Shown here: positions 22,080 through 35,000 of the stretch, in pieces | Layout of the letters: each line of letters begins with the position of its first letter | How positions within the stretch are numbered: position 1 is the stretch's first letter | DNA from: Basidiobolus meristosporus CBS 931.73 | Taxonomy: Eukaryota > Fungi > Basidiobolomycota | NCBI GenBank assembly: GCA_002104905.1 | Contig: MCFE01000780.1 | Location: forward strand, 1-36,625 | Length of the DNA stretch: 36,625 bases | Direction of reading: 5' to 3' | Position numbers and translations under genes: made by a program | The notes under the pieces: generated by a model | What the model was told of the DNA's origin: nothing | Database searches by the model: none | Seen by the model: the letters and a program-made list of their open reading frames with translations, nothing else

Positions 22080-25000
22080 TTCTGATCTTCTGCTTGAGTA
22101 TCTAAGTTAGATCAGTCTCCAGTTGAATCATTTAATTTTATACTCAGCCTATTAGAATATTAGTGTTATCTATCAAATTAGTAGTATCAGTCTGCAGATG
22201 AATCAGCAGATCTTTATCAGACCAAATTTGATATATTATGCAAGATCTAACTGAGTGATGATGATGCAATCAAATGAGTCATCAGCCACAGCCTATATTA
22301 GCAAATATAATTAGATTGCACTCGATCTGGAAAGAAGTATATAAGAAGCTGCTGGAACTTTAATAAAAATCAGTTCAAGTTCTAGTGAGTACAATACAAG
22401 CTAAACTCCCTATTCCTCTTCAACTCTTTTATCAAGACTTGTGGCATTAGCAGCAGCAATAACCTGAAACCTCCCCCCTGAAGAAAAAAGAGGCCTCCCT
22501 CAAGATGTTAGAAAACCAAGAATGCAAGAATGCTATGCTGCAAATCCTGGTCCAACAGCAACAGTTACACCAGATCCTCAGCCAGCAGCAACAGGGAATG
22601 ACTTCCATGGCCCAGAACCAGCAAAACCTTGCCAAGAGCACCCTTAGTGTGAAGGTCAACTGGCACCATGCTTGAGTCAATAAAAACCTGGGAACCTGGC
22701 TCTTTCAGATTAGTGAAGCTTTCAAGTTTGATGGAAATGCTCCAGAAAGCAAGTTATATTATGCAGCCTCTTACCTGGCAGATGCAGCTTTACAGCTGTA
22801 TCACAACAATATCAGGTTAGCCACTATGGTGGGACACTCTACCATCTCTATATGGAATGTGAATGTGTTGCAAATTCAAGATACCTTGGACCTCCCCATG
22901 AGCGGATACTACCAACAAGGAAGCTGAAGACACTCAGACAGAAAGGAATGGTTTAACAATATATCCATAAGCATAGATGTCTACTTGGACAAATTGAGTG
23001 AAGGACCACTTTGATCAAGCTGAATACTTTTTTGATGGTATGACAGAAAGAACTTGCAACAAAGTAAATTATCAAAGATCTCAGACTATTGTAGATGCCA
23101 TCAAGATTGCCATTGACTATGCCTCAGCTGTATTTGGAGTTGGAAAGCCTACAATGACTACTCAGCAAGGCTTTAATTGCATTCAAGGAAGATAATCCAA
23201 AGCAGTGCCAACGGAAGTAGATGCTATGCAGAAGAATCCCACCTCAGAAGAATGTAAGAAGAAACAACTTTGCTTTTATTGCCACCAGCAGGATATATTG
23301 CAAAGTACTGCACTCAAAGATGAAGTGAACACCAGTCATCAAGAACCTTCAACCACATGAAGCTATTGAGCACAATAACATGAAGTATGAGCTTAAACAA
23401 GACTCAGAACTGACCTTCTGTATGATAGAAGACAACAATTCCCAAATGACCTCAAAATCAGGATAGTTATTAAATGTCAATATAGCAATCAATGGCATAC
23501 CTGCCAAGATCATGATCAACTCAGGGGCATCACATGAGTACATGCCAGTGCAATTTGCCTTCAAGCTGGAATCAACTTGGAGCCCACCAACTCAACTTCT
23601 GTTTCAGCAGTTGATGAGAGCTTTCACATAACCTTACATATTACTGGGCCAGTAAGAATGAAGATCAGCAACCATGAAGAAATCCTACAGGCATATACAT
23701 TTTGGAGCTGCAAGTGCACCCTTGTACTCAAAAAACCTGCTTTTTTGTTGTAATCCATCAATCAACAGGAGGACCCATGCAACTTGGATCCAGAAGTACA
23801 ACAAGACCCATTGGCCACTATTTGCCAGACAGGACTTCAACTTGGTCAATTCCAGTGTATATGAAACAAGTGAATCTAACAAGACACAACTCTGTTGCAA
23901 ACTTAGAAAAAGTACCAAAATGTTCTCCCTGGCAGTATAACAGGAGGATTCCTCTGTTTCAGCTCCCCCAATGTTCAAGACTCTTTGGAAGAAATGTTCA
24001 GATGTGTTTCCAGATGAACCTGTAAGTCTACAACCAGTCCAAGAATATGGGTCACGCCATTTACACAGGAGATAGCCCTATGGTTAGTAATACAACTTAC
24101 AGAATGAGCTTATTAGACTGGGAGAGATGAATAAACAAATAGCTCAGTTATTGGAGCAAGGATATATCAGACCCAACAAGTCACCCTGGGGAGCACCTGC
24201 ACCTTTTGTGAAAAAGAAGGATGGAAAAATTAGGATGTGCATTGGCTACAGAGCCCTCAGCTCAGTTACTGTAAAGAACAAGAACCCCATACCTTAGATT
24301 GATGAGCTTTTGGACCAACTCAATCAAGCTGTCATATACAGCAAGTTTGACCTCATGTGAGGATACAACTAGATTAGGGTGAAACCAGAAAACATCCCTA
24401 AGACAGCATTCAGGACTAGATATGGACACTAGAACTACTTAGTCATGAGTTTTGGCCTTACTAATGCTCCTGCAACATATATGACCATGATGAAAACCAT
24501 CTTCCAGTAGTACTTAGACCAGTTTGTGGTAACCTACCTAAATGACACATTAATAAACAGCAAGATAGAAGTGGAACACTTGGTGCACATTCAGAAGGTC
24601 TTAAAGAAGCTTAGAGAACAAGCTATTTGGCAAGCCAGGAAAATGTGAATTCCTGAAAGAACACCTTAAATACCTGCAACACATATTTACTAATACCAGA
24701 GTGCCCTTGGACCTCAAGAAGGCTGAAGTCATCAAGAATCTGAAGCAGCCCCATAGCATATTGGAAATCAGATGATTTCCTGGAATAGTTTCCTACTATT
24801 GCAGATTTGTCAAGTCCTTTGCAAGTATTTTTGGCACCTTTAACTGAAATCCTTAAGAAAGATAACACCCTGAAGTGGGACATAGCCTGTGAAACTGCCT
24901 TTTTGCTGATTAAGAATAAGCTTGCAATGCTGCCAAGCTTAAGAATCACAGACTTCAGAACAGACTTTACTCTGTGCACAGAGGCTTCAGACTATGTATT

Positions 25001-26019
25001 CAGTGGAGTACCAAGCCAAGAACATATGGCCAAGGACCACACTGTTGCTTTTGAGTCCAAGAAATAGAACTTGACAGAACAAAACTAGTCACTAGATGAA
25101 AAGGAGATGCTGGCCGTAATATACTGCTTTAAGACCTGGAGATGCTTCATTGAAGGAGTCAAGTGTACTATGATGATTGATCTTGCCTCAACTATATATT
25201 TACTCAGAAGGTGCTATCCATAAAAATTGCACAATAGAGTGAATACATTTGGCAATTTGACTTAGAGATTGTCTACTGCCCTGGAAACAGCAACATGGTT
25301 GCTGATGCCTTATCAAGACTAGAACAAGTTGCACAACTCAACTGGATGTATGAATCAGATTGGCCTAGCTTATTTCCAAAGTACTTGGAAGACCCAGCCA
25401 TTCATAATGAGGTGGATGAAGAGATCAAGAATATAATCTGGGAGGGAGCCTGCAAATATGTGGTAGAAGATGAAACACTCTACCAAATTGTGGATGAAAG
25501 TACTGTTGCCTATTGCCCTTATGTTGCTTCCCTAAAAACTAGTGAAAGCATGCCCTATTTGCCAAATCAACCAAGTCCAACCACAAGAACTACTAAACTC
25601 TTTCCCTTTGTGCTTGTAAGACCACTTGAGAGATGGGTAATTGGCTTATTAAAAGACTGCCAACCACCAGGAAATGCAATCAGTGGATCCTTGTAGGAAC
25701 TGACCATGCACCAAATGGCTAGTAGCTAATGCTGCATCTGTAGCCAGTGAGCAAACAGGTCTAAGTCTCATCTACTACTAGACCCTTATGAAGTTTGGAT
25801 GCCCTGTAGGAATCTAATAGGATAGATGAGCAAACTCTATTGCAAAGACATTGAAAGCTTTCCTGAAAATGCAGCAGATCAAACATTTGAAACCTTGGCA
25901 TATTACCCTGGATATAATGGAGCCATCAAGCGGTTTGATGGACTACTTGGAAAAATGCTGACCAAGTATACAAATGGAGCTGCCAGTGAATGGGATAAGT
26001 AAATAGACCAAGCACTTTA
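22080..26019 (+). mobile_element. Gyp1 decayed, 3'-truncated Ty3/gypsy copy (5' LTR ~22080-22446, degenerate PBS, gag ATG 22505, PR-RT-RH-partial IN)
   Basis: Collinear with the reverse complement of 32.5-36.6 kb, with many stops and indels. Ends in integrase at a junction with family X. Confidence 0.9.
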
Positions 26020-26255
26020 CGCTTCTTCAAGAGCAGAGCTCAACAGTGCATTCCTGAATATTGCAATGATAGACTGCAAAGACTAGCAGATGAGGTACTA
26101 AAACTGAGAATATAGGCTGAAGACTAGTATGTATGAGAGTCAGTTAATGAATAATGCCACAAAGCTGGAGGGTTCCTGCCAAAGTGATGGAAAGAGGGTG
26201 TTAGGGCAGATATGCTTACTCAATGGCAGATTTCAATGAAGTTAAATGCTGAGTG
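26020..26255 (+). pseudogene. Unclassified repeated coding remnant (family X, copy 2); may extend to ~26900
   Basis: FFKSRA..C.D.LQRLAD..AED*..E.VN..CH.A.GFLPK*..NGRF is shared with 20636-20870. Confidence 0.55.
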
Positions 26256-27057
26256 TGGGTTACACACTCTAGCCCCATATTGGCTTGTACTCATGTAATA
26301 CAAATTGGGGATTGGCTAAGTTGTCCTGATAAGATTTAGTTACCTGTTGCTTGCAACCTAAACTTGTCTTTCTTTACTAACTACCTACATATTGGTGGTA
26401 CTTAGCTACTCAATGCCAAATGCATATGTGTTTCCATGGGCACATCTGAGATGTGTATTTTCCAACTGCTCCCTGAAGTTCTGCAGAGGGCAACTCACAT
26501 ATATGACCAAATTGAAGGTAATCTTCTTAAAGGGACTAGAATATGGAAGTACATGAAATTTAACTTGTCATCCTATCTCACTACATATTGACTCTAGAGA
26601 AAACTGCCCAAAAGTGAAGCAAGGCCCAATGATATTGGTACACCAAGCAAGATGGAGTAGACAATGAGCACCTGAGTAGCAGAGATGCATACACCCAGCC
26701 ATATACTCTTAAGGCATTCACTCTAATGCTGTCATCAACATCTTGTCTTAAGGCTGTGAATGCACTGAGCTGGCATTGGTGTTCTACTTCTGGACAGATA
26801 TTCTGATATGGTGAGCACAGGAACTGGAATGCTTCCAATGTACTCTATGTAGAAACTGCTTCTGAAGACCACTTGAATCCTGACATATCCAGTCCATCCA
26901 GTACTTGCATATTTATTATTGTGTATCAATATGACTGCAGATTGGTTCTTGTCACAGTACTTTGGGTAACTATACCCCAAAATACCCTGCCAATTCTTGC
27001 AAATTCCCCAGTTTTGTCAAGGCAATTGGCTTTATGGTTAGCCTATCAATATACCAG

Positions 27058-27336
27058 TGTTATGAATCCAAGCAGTTATGGAAGCAGCAAATAAATTTGA
27101 CATACTTATTAGCCAGAAATAGAAGCATTAAGTAAGATCTAATGAGGTGATAATCTTGCAGTTAAATATGTCATCAGACACTACCCACTTTGAGAAGTAT
27201 GATTAGTCAGCACCAATGTAGCATCTCAAATATAAAGTGCTGCTGGAACCTCACTAAGAATCAGTATGGCTTTAATGAGTACAACATCAGCCAAACTCTC
27301 TATGTCTCAATTGCTCTTATCTTGAGAGTTGTAACA
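27058..27336 (+). repeat. Diverged Gyp1-related LTR (~279 bp), no matching TSD
   Basis: TGTTATGA...GTAACA termini. Shares GTCATCAG, ATTAGTCAGCA and TATAA..GCTGCTGGAACCTCA blocks with the Gyp1 LTR. Confidence 0.7.
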
Positions 27337-28354
27337 AATGCAAACATTGAGAGTAGCCCTTGTTTTTTAAGTCTCTGTATTGTTTGCCATAAAATAGATT
27401 AGAAATGTTTATGCCTATTTGATACCAAGTGTAGTACTTTGTGCCTATAAAATATATGTTTGACAACATGAGCTTCTTTCAATAAGTTATTATAGCAAAA
27501 TATCTATAATCTGAACAATATTTTGATTGTATGGAGATCAGTTCCAGAGAAACTGGAGATCTACAATAGTATCATTGGCTGATGTGAATGCCTGTAATTG
27601 TTAGCACAAGCTGGCATCAGGATGTTCTCTATGTTATATGTTGCCAGCTGCATGATGATAGTCCATCCATGTAATAAACTTGTGGGGTTTTATTCCCAAA
27701 ATGATCTTGAAAAAAAGTAGTAGAAAATCTTGAAAGCCCCCATCACTGAAGCTAGACTAACCACACCCTGTTTCTAATGCATTCATCATATCATTGACCA
27801 ATAAGTGGACTGCTGGCCTACCATGGCTTGATAAAGTGTCCTTGACATTTTTCCCCACATGTTTTGCCATTTCATATTATGATATTGCTGGTGTGAGACA
27901 GAATGTTGGTGTAAGGGATATAGACTGACATTTCACTATTTGGCCCTTTTTTTTGGGGCTATCACTCTGCAATATATGTTCAGAAGACTGAGGTCAGCCA
28001 AAAGGGCCCACACACTCACTTGAATCAGCATGCTCCAGGTGGCTAGTGCACCTAGTTGTTATAATATAAGTATCAATATACCATCTATAAATGTTGCAAT
28101 CAATTAAATGATATGGAAATAAGGAACTTTTCAAGATATAGTGATGATAGCTGAAGTACTGTTTATTCATAAAGGAGCTTAGTATTAATACCATTGTAGG
28201 GGCAATGCAACTGTGATGCTAGGTTAAAAGAGCTTCTTAACAGTCAGGAATGGTCTGTTATAGCTCCAGGGGGAATACATTGTTGCATTTTGAGAAGTGA
28301 TTTGGATACAGGGATCCAATCAAGAAATAGGTATAATAGTTGAATTGTTGTTTA

Positions 28355-31300
28355 TGTTGAAATATTGGACTATTTGGTATCATTCAGTAGCTAAAAACAT
28401 ACTTAACAGTTCTAGACTAGTCTTGGTCACTGTAGGACCTATTTGTAGCCCCAAATTTGTAATTTTCTTCAAATCAATGATACTATGATTATTACCCTAT
28501 AGTAAAGATCAAATTAACATTTTTTACCAAACATTATGTACTAATGCTCAAACTGTTACAGAATGCCCCTGAATGTTGGGAAACCCTCCTGAGTTGGTGT
28601 TACAGCTGTATTTCTTCTACAAAGGTATAAATACTGCTCCTCTTTGTAAATAAACACCAGCTCAACTATTATGACTATATCTTGATAAGCTCCATATATC
28701 CAAAACACTTCTTAAATTGCAACAGGTTAGGAGCCCCAATTGCCTTAACCTATTGTAAGATGACTCCTACCAGCAAACAAAACTATACAAACATCTTCCC
28801 CATAAAAGAGAGGCTTGATGGGAAGAACACAGACTTTGGAGAATCAAGATGAAGATCCACCTTGAGTAAAGAAAGCTTTGGAATATAGTAACAGGAAAAG
28901 AAACTGAGCCCAAAGGAACAGCAGAAAAAGTGGAGAAGTTTCAACAGAAGGAGAGAAAGGCCATTAATGCCATATTTACCAATGTGCAAGATTCCTTCAT
29001 TGGACAAATTCATACTTCACATACTGCCAAAGCAGCATGGGAACCCTTAAAGAGACCTTTAGAGCAAGGTCAGTATCAAGCAAAATTTACTTAATACAAA
29101 AGCTTGTCAACATGTGGAAGAAGCTAGATAATGACATACAATAACTCATTACCAGAATGGAGACACTTGCAGAAGAACTTTACAGCATTAATGCTGGTGT
29201 AAATGATGAAGAAACAATACTCTGTCAGCTTTGCAACCGACCAGACAAGTATGCGCCTCTCATACTTTCTTTTGGTAGCAGAGAAGACAATTTGACTTTA
29301 GACTGTGTCAAAGGGAGACCTCTCCATGAAAAACTTGGCTGTAGTGATCAAGCAGCAAAAATTGAAGACAATACTTTATTCAGCCAGAAAGGCACATAGA
29401 TAAGAAGGGAAGGTAACAAAAACCATAAAACCTGGTTGCTGTAACTACTATATGAAGCTAGGACACTGGGCAAGAGAATACAAGAAGAAACAAGCAGACA
29501 AAAAACAGAAACCAGAGTAGGCAAAACAGCAGCACAGCCAACAGACATACTCTACGCCCCTAGAATAGCTAAGAATCTACTTTCAGTCAGTAGAGCAGCT
29601 GCTCAGGGACTGAAATTTGTTTTTACTAAGCTGAGCTGCTCAATAATGGGTAAAATGGACAAAAATTAGCTTTGGGAATCAGATATCTCAATATATACAA
29701 GTAACAATGCAAGGTAATTGCACCTGAGTATGCTAACATTGCTGAAATTAATGAAACCAACCGGGAGACATGGCATAGAAGGCTAGGACATATTGGGGAA
29801 CACAAAACGAGCCAATTGATGAAAATGAGCTTGTTTTAGGCCTAAATTACCCAATTCCAATACAAATGAGGGTCTGTGAGGGATGTTCAAGTGGGAAACA
29901 AGCAAGGCAACATCTCAGGAGCTCAGAAGGCATCTATACTGTGAAGATATTAGCTATTGTAAATTCTGACATATGTGTGCCCATGAGAACACTGTTCTTT
30001 GGAGCCAAGAGATACTTTATGACATTTATTGATGATAAGACAGGATATAAATGGATATGCTTCCTCAAAATAAAGAATGAGGCTTTAGTGATGTTTAAAC
30101 ACTTCAAGAACATGGCAGAAACACAAACTGGGTGGAAATTGAAGATACTTTGAAGTGACAATGGAGATAAATACTGCTCAAAGGAGTTTGCATATACTGC
30201 TCATCTACTGGTATACTCCACAGCAAATTGGAGTAGCAGAACAGCTAGTAGAACAATAATAGAGATAGGAAGGTCTATGCTACATGATAAGGGAGTAGAC
30301 TACAAGTCTTGGGCTGAATCTGTTGCTACAGCTGTACAAAACAAGAATAGATGCCCAACAACAGCACTATGTGCTTCTACACCCTTTAAAGCGTATTCAG
30401 GCAAAAAACTAGACCTCCAGCATCTCAGGATCTTTGACAGTGGTGTATTTTATCACATCCCTGACAAAAAAAGCTGAAAGCTGGAATCAAAGAGCAGAAA
30501 AGCAATCTTTCTTGGGTATTGTGATGATACTAAAGGGTATAGATTGAATGATGGAAAAGTTCAGAAGCTGATCAAGAGCTGGCACATTCTATTTGAGGAG
30601 AAATCAGATGAGAAAGCCACAGAAATCATTGGCCAGCTGCCTGAAGATGCAATCAACACTAATGAAGAAGATACATAAAAAGTTCAGCCAGATACAAAAG
30701 ATAATTATTGCAGTTCCAGATCAAAGCCAATAATCCCAGTTGGGAGATATACCAAAATAGGATATGCCTGCTTATTGTGGTGGTAGACACTTCATGATCA
30801 TGAAGAAGCTTATCTTACCTTATGTACCAAGCCTCAGAATCTGCTACTAGCAATGCAAAGTCTGGATGTAACTATGTGGCAACAAGCCAAGCAGGAGTAG
30901 TACCAATCACTGATCAAGGCAAAAATGTGGGAGCTGGTAGATTTACAAACATGGAAGATAGCCAACATGATGTAGATGGGTCTACACGATCAAAATAACC
31001 TCAAATGGTACTGTTGAAAAGTACAAGGATGGATTAGTGGCTAATGACTATTCCCAGGTCCAGGGACTAGACTTTAAGGAAACATCTGCTCTGGTTGCCC
31101 AGCCTAACTCCATTAGGAGAGTTCAAGCCCTGGCAGCTGTACACAGTCTAGATCTAGGCCAAAAGGATGTCAAAACAGCCTTACTATATGGGGATTTGCA
31201 AGAAACTATATATAAGGAGCAACAAGAAGGTTTTACCAATCCAAAAGGCCTCCATAAGGTGTGCAGACTTAAGAAATTGCTGTATGGGCCTAAGCAGGCA

Positions 31301-31430
31301 CCTGGAGTGTAGTAAAAGAAGATTAGGACATATCCAGAGGAGATTAGGTTTGTTTTACTGCAATATTCTGAGAGTATTTGAATTGATGTGGAGAACTAGA
31401 TGATTTGCATGTTCTTCACTTGTAGATTTA
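28355..31430 (+). mobile_element. Cop2: second Ty1/copia family, decayed and 3'-truncated (LTR ~28355-28724, PBS GGTTAGGAGCCC 28725-28736, gag ATG 28760, PR mostly deleted, IN, partial RT)
   Basis: TGTTGAAA...TTGCAACA LTR with no evident similarity to the Cop1 LTR. Protein remnants: IFPIKERLDGKN, ETWHRRLGH..CEGC, VNSDICVPM, FIDDKT and QKDVKTALLYGDL. The LTR start and element end are approximate. Confidence 0.82.
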
Positions 31431-31477
31431 TTGATCAAAAGTATGGTATTAATACTTTTGATAAAGAAAAATAATAA

Positions 31478-31629
31478 TCTGGGTACCTGACAATTTGGTG
31501 AAAATGATCCAAGTAAATCCCAACAAGAAATCTGGTCAGGACAGAATGCTAATTACAATATACAATCTACGTGACTAAGTTAGAATGAATACTTAGGTGG
31601 CAATTCAATAATTACAACACTCCCACTCA
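31478..31629 (-). repeat. U3 fragment of a Cop1-related 3' LTR with its PPT (TGAGTGGGAG, 31620-31629)
   Basis: Shares TCTGGGTACCTG, AAATCCCAACAAGAAATCTGGTCAG and TACAACA-CTCCCACT with the inverted LTR at 10190-10341. Confidence 0.75.
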
Positions 31630-31682
31630 ACAAAATATTTGTGAGTAAAAAATATATATTGAGAGTGAGCAATCTGTAATAA

Positions 31683-32050
31683 TGTTACAAGTCTTGGTAT
31701 AAGAGTTGTAGAGGAATAGGGAGTTTAGCTAGTATTGTATTCACTAAAACTTGAACTGATTTTTATTGAGGTTCCAGCAGCTCCTTATATACATTTTGCC
31801 AGATCAATTGCTGACTAATTGTATTTCCTAATATAGGTTGTGGCTGATGACTCATTTGATTGCATCATCATCACCCAATAAGATCCTACTTAATATATCT
31901 ATTTTGGTCTGATAAGGATCTGCTGATTCATTTGCTGACTAATGCTACTGATTTGATAGGTAATACTGATATACTGATAACCTAAACATATACTAATTGA
32001 TTTGACTAAAAACTGATCTAACTTAAACATTCAAGCGGCAGATCATAACA
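31683..32050 (-). repeat. 3' LTR of Gyp1
   Basis: TGTTA...TAACA termini; ~98% identical to 36251-36619. Confidence 0.96.
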
Positions 32051-32060
32051 TTCTCCCCTA
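32051..32060 (-). promoter_or_regulatory. Polypurine tract TAGGGGAGAA of Gyp1
   Basis: Purine run directly 5' of the 3' LTR on the minus strand, immediately after the pol stop. Confidence 0.88.
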
Positions 32061-35000
32061 CTAAAGCTGAGAGGGCTCTCCTGAATCTCTTTTCTTGTGA
32101 TACCAATATCGTGATGGTTCAGTATTATCAGCAAGTCTTGCAAGCTTGAGTCTGTCCCTATGCACTAAGTCTTCCTAGATATTGCCTTGTTTGTCCACCA
32201 GTTGGTAAGTTGCAACTGGACATTCTCTGATGATCTTGAATGGTCCTGTCCATTGTGGCTCAAACTTCTTCCAAGTGTTGTTTCTTAGCAATAAAAAGTT
32301 CCCAACTGTCAATGCTTCTGGTGCTATGGTCTTATCAAATCTCTGCTTCATCTTTTCTGCACTTTGAATTACTTTGGTCTGTGCCTCTTGACGTCTTTGT
32401 TCCAGTTGCTGGTGTCTACTTGGCTGACTGAGTTCATCTTCTAAGGTGTCTGTAAGCTTTGGTTGTGTGAGATCTCCTGGAATCCTTGGTTCACATCCAT
32501 ACACTAAGTAAAATGGTGATTGCTGGGTGGTGTTGTGTACTCTGACTCTGCATGCAAAGAGTGCTTGGTCTATATACTCATCCCATCTACTGACAACTCC
32601 ATTTGCATACTTGGTGAGTATTTTTCCAACAATCCATTAAACCGCTCAGTGACTCCATTAGTTCTGGGGTGATATGCTGAGGTTTTCAAGTGTCTGATCT
32701 GCTGCATTTTCATGTAAGCCTCTAATGTCTTTGCCATAAAGTTTGCTCCTCTATCAGATAAGATCTTCACAGGGCATCCAAAATTCATCAGGATCTCATG
32801 ATAAATGAAACTTGCAACTCCTTGTTCACTGGCTATTGGTACAGCTTTAGCAACTGGCCATTTAGTGGCATGGTCAATTGCTACTAGGATCCAACGGTTG
32901 CGTTTCCTGGTGGTTGGCAGTCTTCCAATAAAGTCAATTCCCTATCTCTCAAATGGTCTGACAGGCTCCTAAGGGAAGAGTTCGGCAATTCTTTGTGGCT
33001 GGCCTTGATTGATTTGGCAGTTTGGGCATGTTTTCACTAGCTTCTCAATATCTTGTTTCATTCTGGGCCACCATGCTCTGGCTTTCACAGGACTATAGGT
33101 TCCTTCAATTCCAAGATGTCCATATCCATTGTGTAGCTTATGTATTAAATCCAGGCAAGAAACATAACGGCAATAGGCAATAGGGCTTCCATCAACAATT
33201 TGGTAGAGTGTTTCATCCTGTACTGCAAATTTGCTGGCTTCATCACAGATTATCTTCTTGATATCTTCATCCACCTCATTAGGAATGGCTTGATCCTCCA
33301 AGTACTTTGGTAATAGGCTAGGTCAATCTGATTCATGCACCAAGTTGAGTTGTGCAACTTGATCTAATCTTGATAAGGTGTCAGCAACCGTGTTGTTTTT
33401 GCCGGGGCAATAGACAATCTCCAGGTCAAATTGCTGAATGTATTCACTCCATCTTGTCATTCTTCTAGAGAGTACCTTCTGAGTAAATATATACTTGAGG
33501 GAGGCATGATCAGTCTTCACAGTGCATTTGACTCCTTCAATATAGCATCTCCATGTCTTCAAACAGTGTATTATAGCAAGCATCTCCTTCTCATGGACTG
33601 GATAATTTTGTTCTGCTGAGTTCAGTTTCTTGGATTCAAAGGCAACAGGGTAGTCCTTTCACTTGTGTTCTTGGCTCAGCACTCCACCAATTGCATAATT
33701 GGAAGCATCTGTGCACAGAGTGAACTCTTTTCTGAAGTCTGGTATTCTTAAGCTTGGCAGCTTAGCAAGTTCATTCTTGAGCATCTGGAAGGCAGTCTCA
33801 CAAGCTATGTCCCACTTGTAGGTAATGTCTTTCTTGAGGATATCAGTTAAAGGGGCCGCAATACTTGCAAACAACTTGACAAATCTCCAATAATAGGAAA
33901 CCATTCCAAGGAATGATCTGAGCTCTGATATGCTATGGGGCTGTTTCAGATCTTGATTACTTCCACCTTCTTTGGGTCTAAGGTTACTCCTGTGCTAGTC
34001 ACTATGTGTCCCAGGTATTCAACGTGTTCCTTGAACAGTTCACACTTGGCTAGCTTGCCATATAGCTTGTTCTCTCTTAGTTTCTTCAAGACCTTTTCAA
34101 TGTGCAGTACGTGATCCTCTTCTGTCTTGCTGTATATTAATATGTCATCCAGGTAGATTATCACAAACTTGTCTAAGTACTCCTGAAAGACAGTCTGCAT
34201 CAGCGTCATGAATGTTGCAGGGGCACTAGTGAGGCCAAAACTCATGACTAAGTACTCGTAATGTCCATATCTGGTCCTAAATGCTGTCTTAGGAATATCT
34301 TCTGGTTTTACCCTAATTTGGTTGTATCCTTACATGAGGTCAATCTTGCTGAAAATAGTGGCTCCATCAAGTGGGTCCAAAAGCTCATCAATCCAAGGTA
34401 TGGGGTACTTATTCTTGATGGTAACTGAGTTCAGGGCTCTGTAGTCAATGCACATCCTAAGTGTTCCATCCTTCTTTTTCACAAAAAGCACTGGTGCTCC
34501 CCAGGGTGACTTGCTGGGCCTGATGTATTGTTGCTCCAATAGCTGCTCAATTTGTCTCTTCATTTCCTCCAATTCCAATGGACTCATTCTGTAAGGTGTC
34601 TTGCTCACTGGAGGGCTATTTCCTGTGTCAATGGCATGATCCATGTCTCTGACTTGTAGTAGGCTTACAAGCTCATCTGGGAACACGTCTGAATATTTCT
34701 TCAAGAGAGTCTGGACCTGCTGGGGTGCTGGGGTAGAGGAATCCTCCTGCAATACCGCCATGAGGAACATCTTGGTACCTTTTCTAAGTGCTCTATAGAA
34801 CTGGGTCTTTCTAAGTTCACTTGTCTCACACATACTGTAATTGACCAAGTTGAAATCCAGCCTGGCAGGTAATAACTCATAGGTCTTGTTGTCTTTTTGG
34901 ATCTCAGTAGCATGGGTTCTCCAGTTGATTGATGGATTACAACAAAATAGCCAGGTTTTTCCAAGTACAAGGTCAAACTTGCAGTTCCCTAATATATAAG

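Noticed and set aside
27830-27880. VLDIFPHMFCHF resembling the MULE transposase C-x-x-H region
   Set aside because: Too short, with wrong spacing and no flanking DDE context; 27340-28350 is left unassigned.
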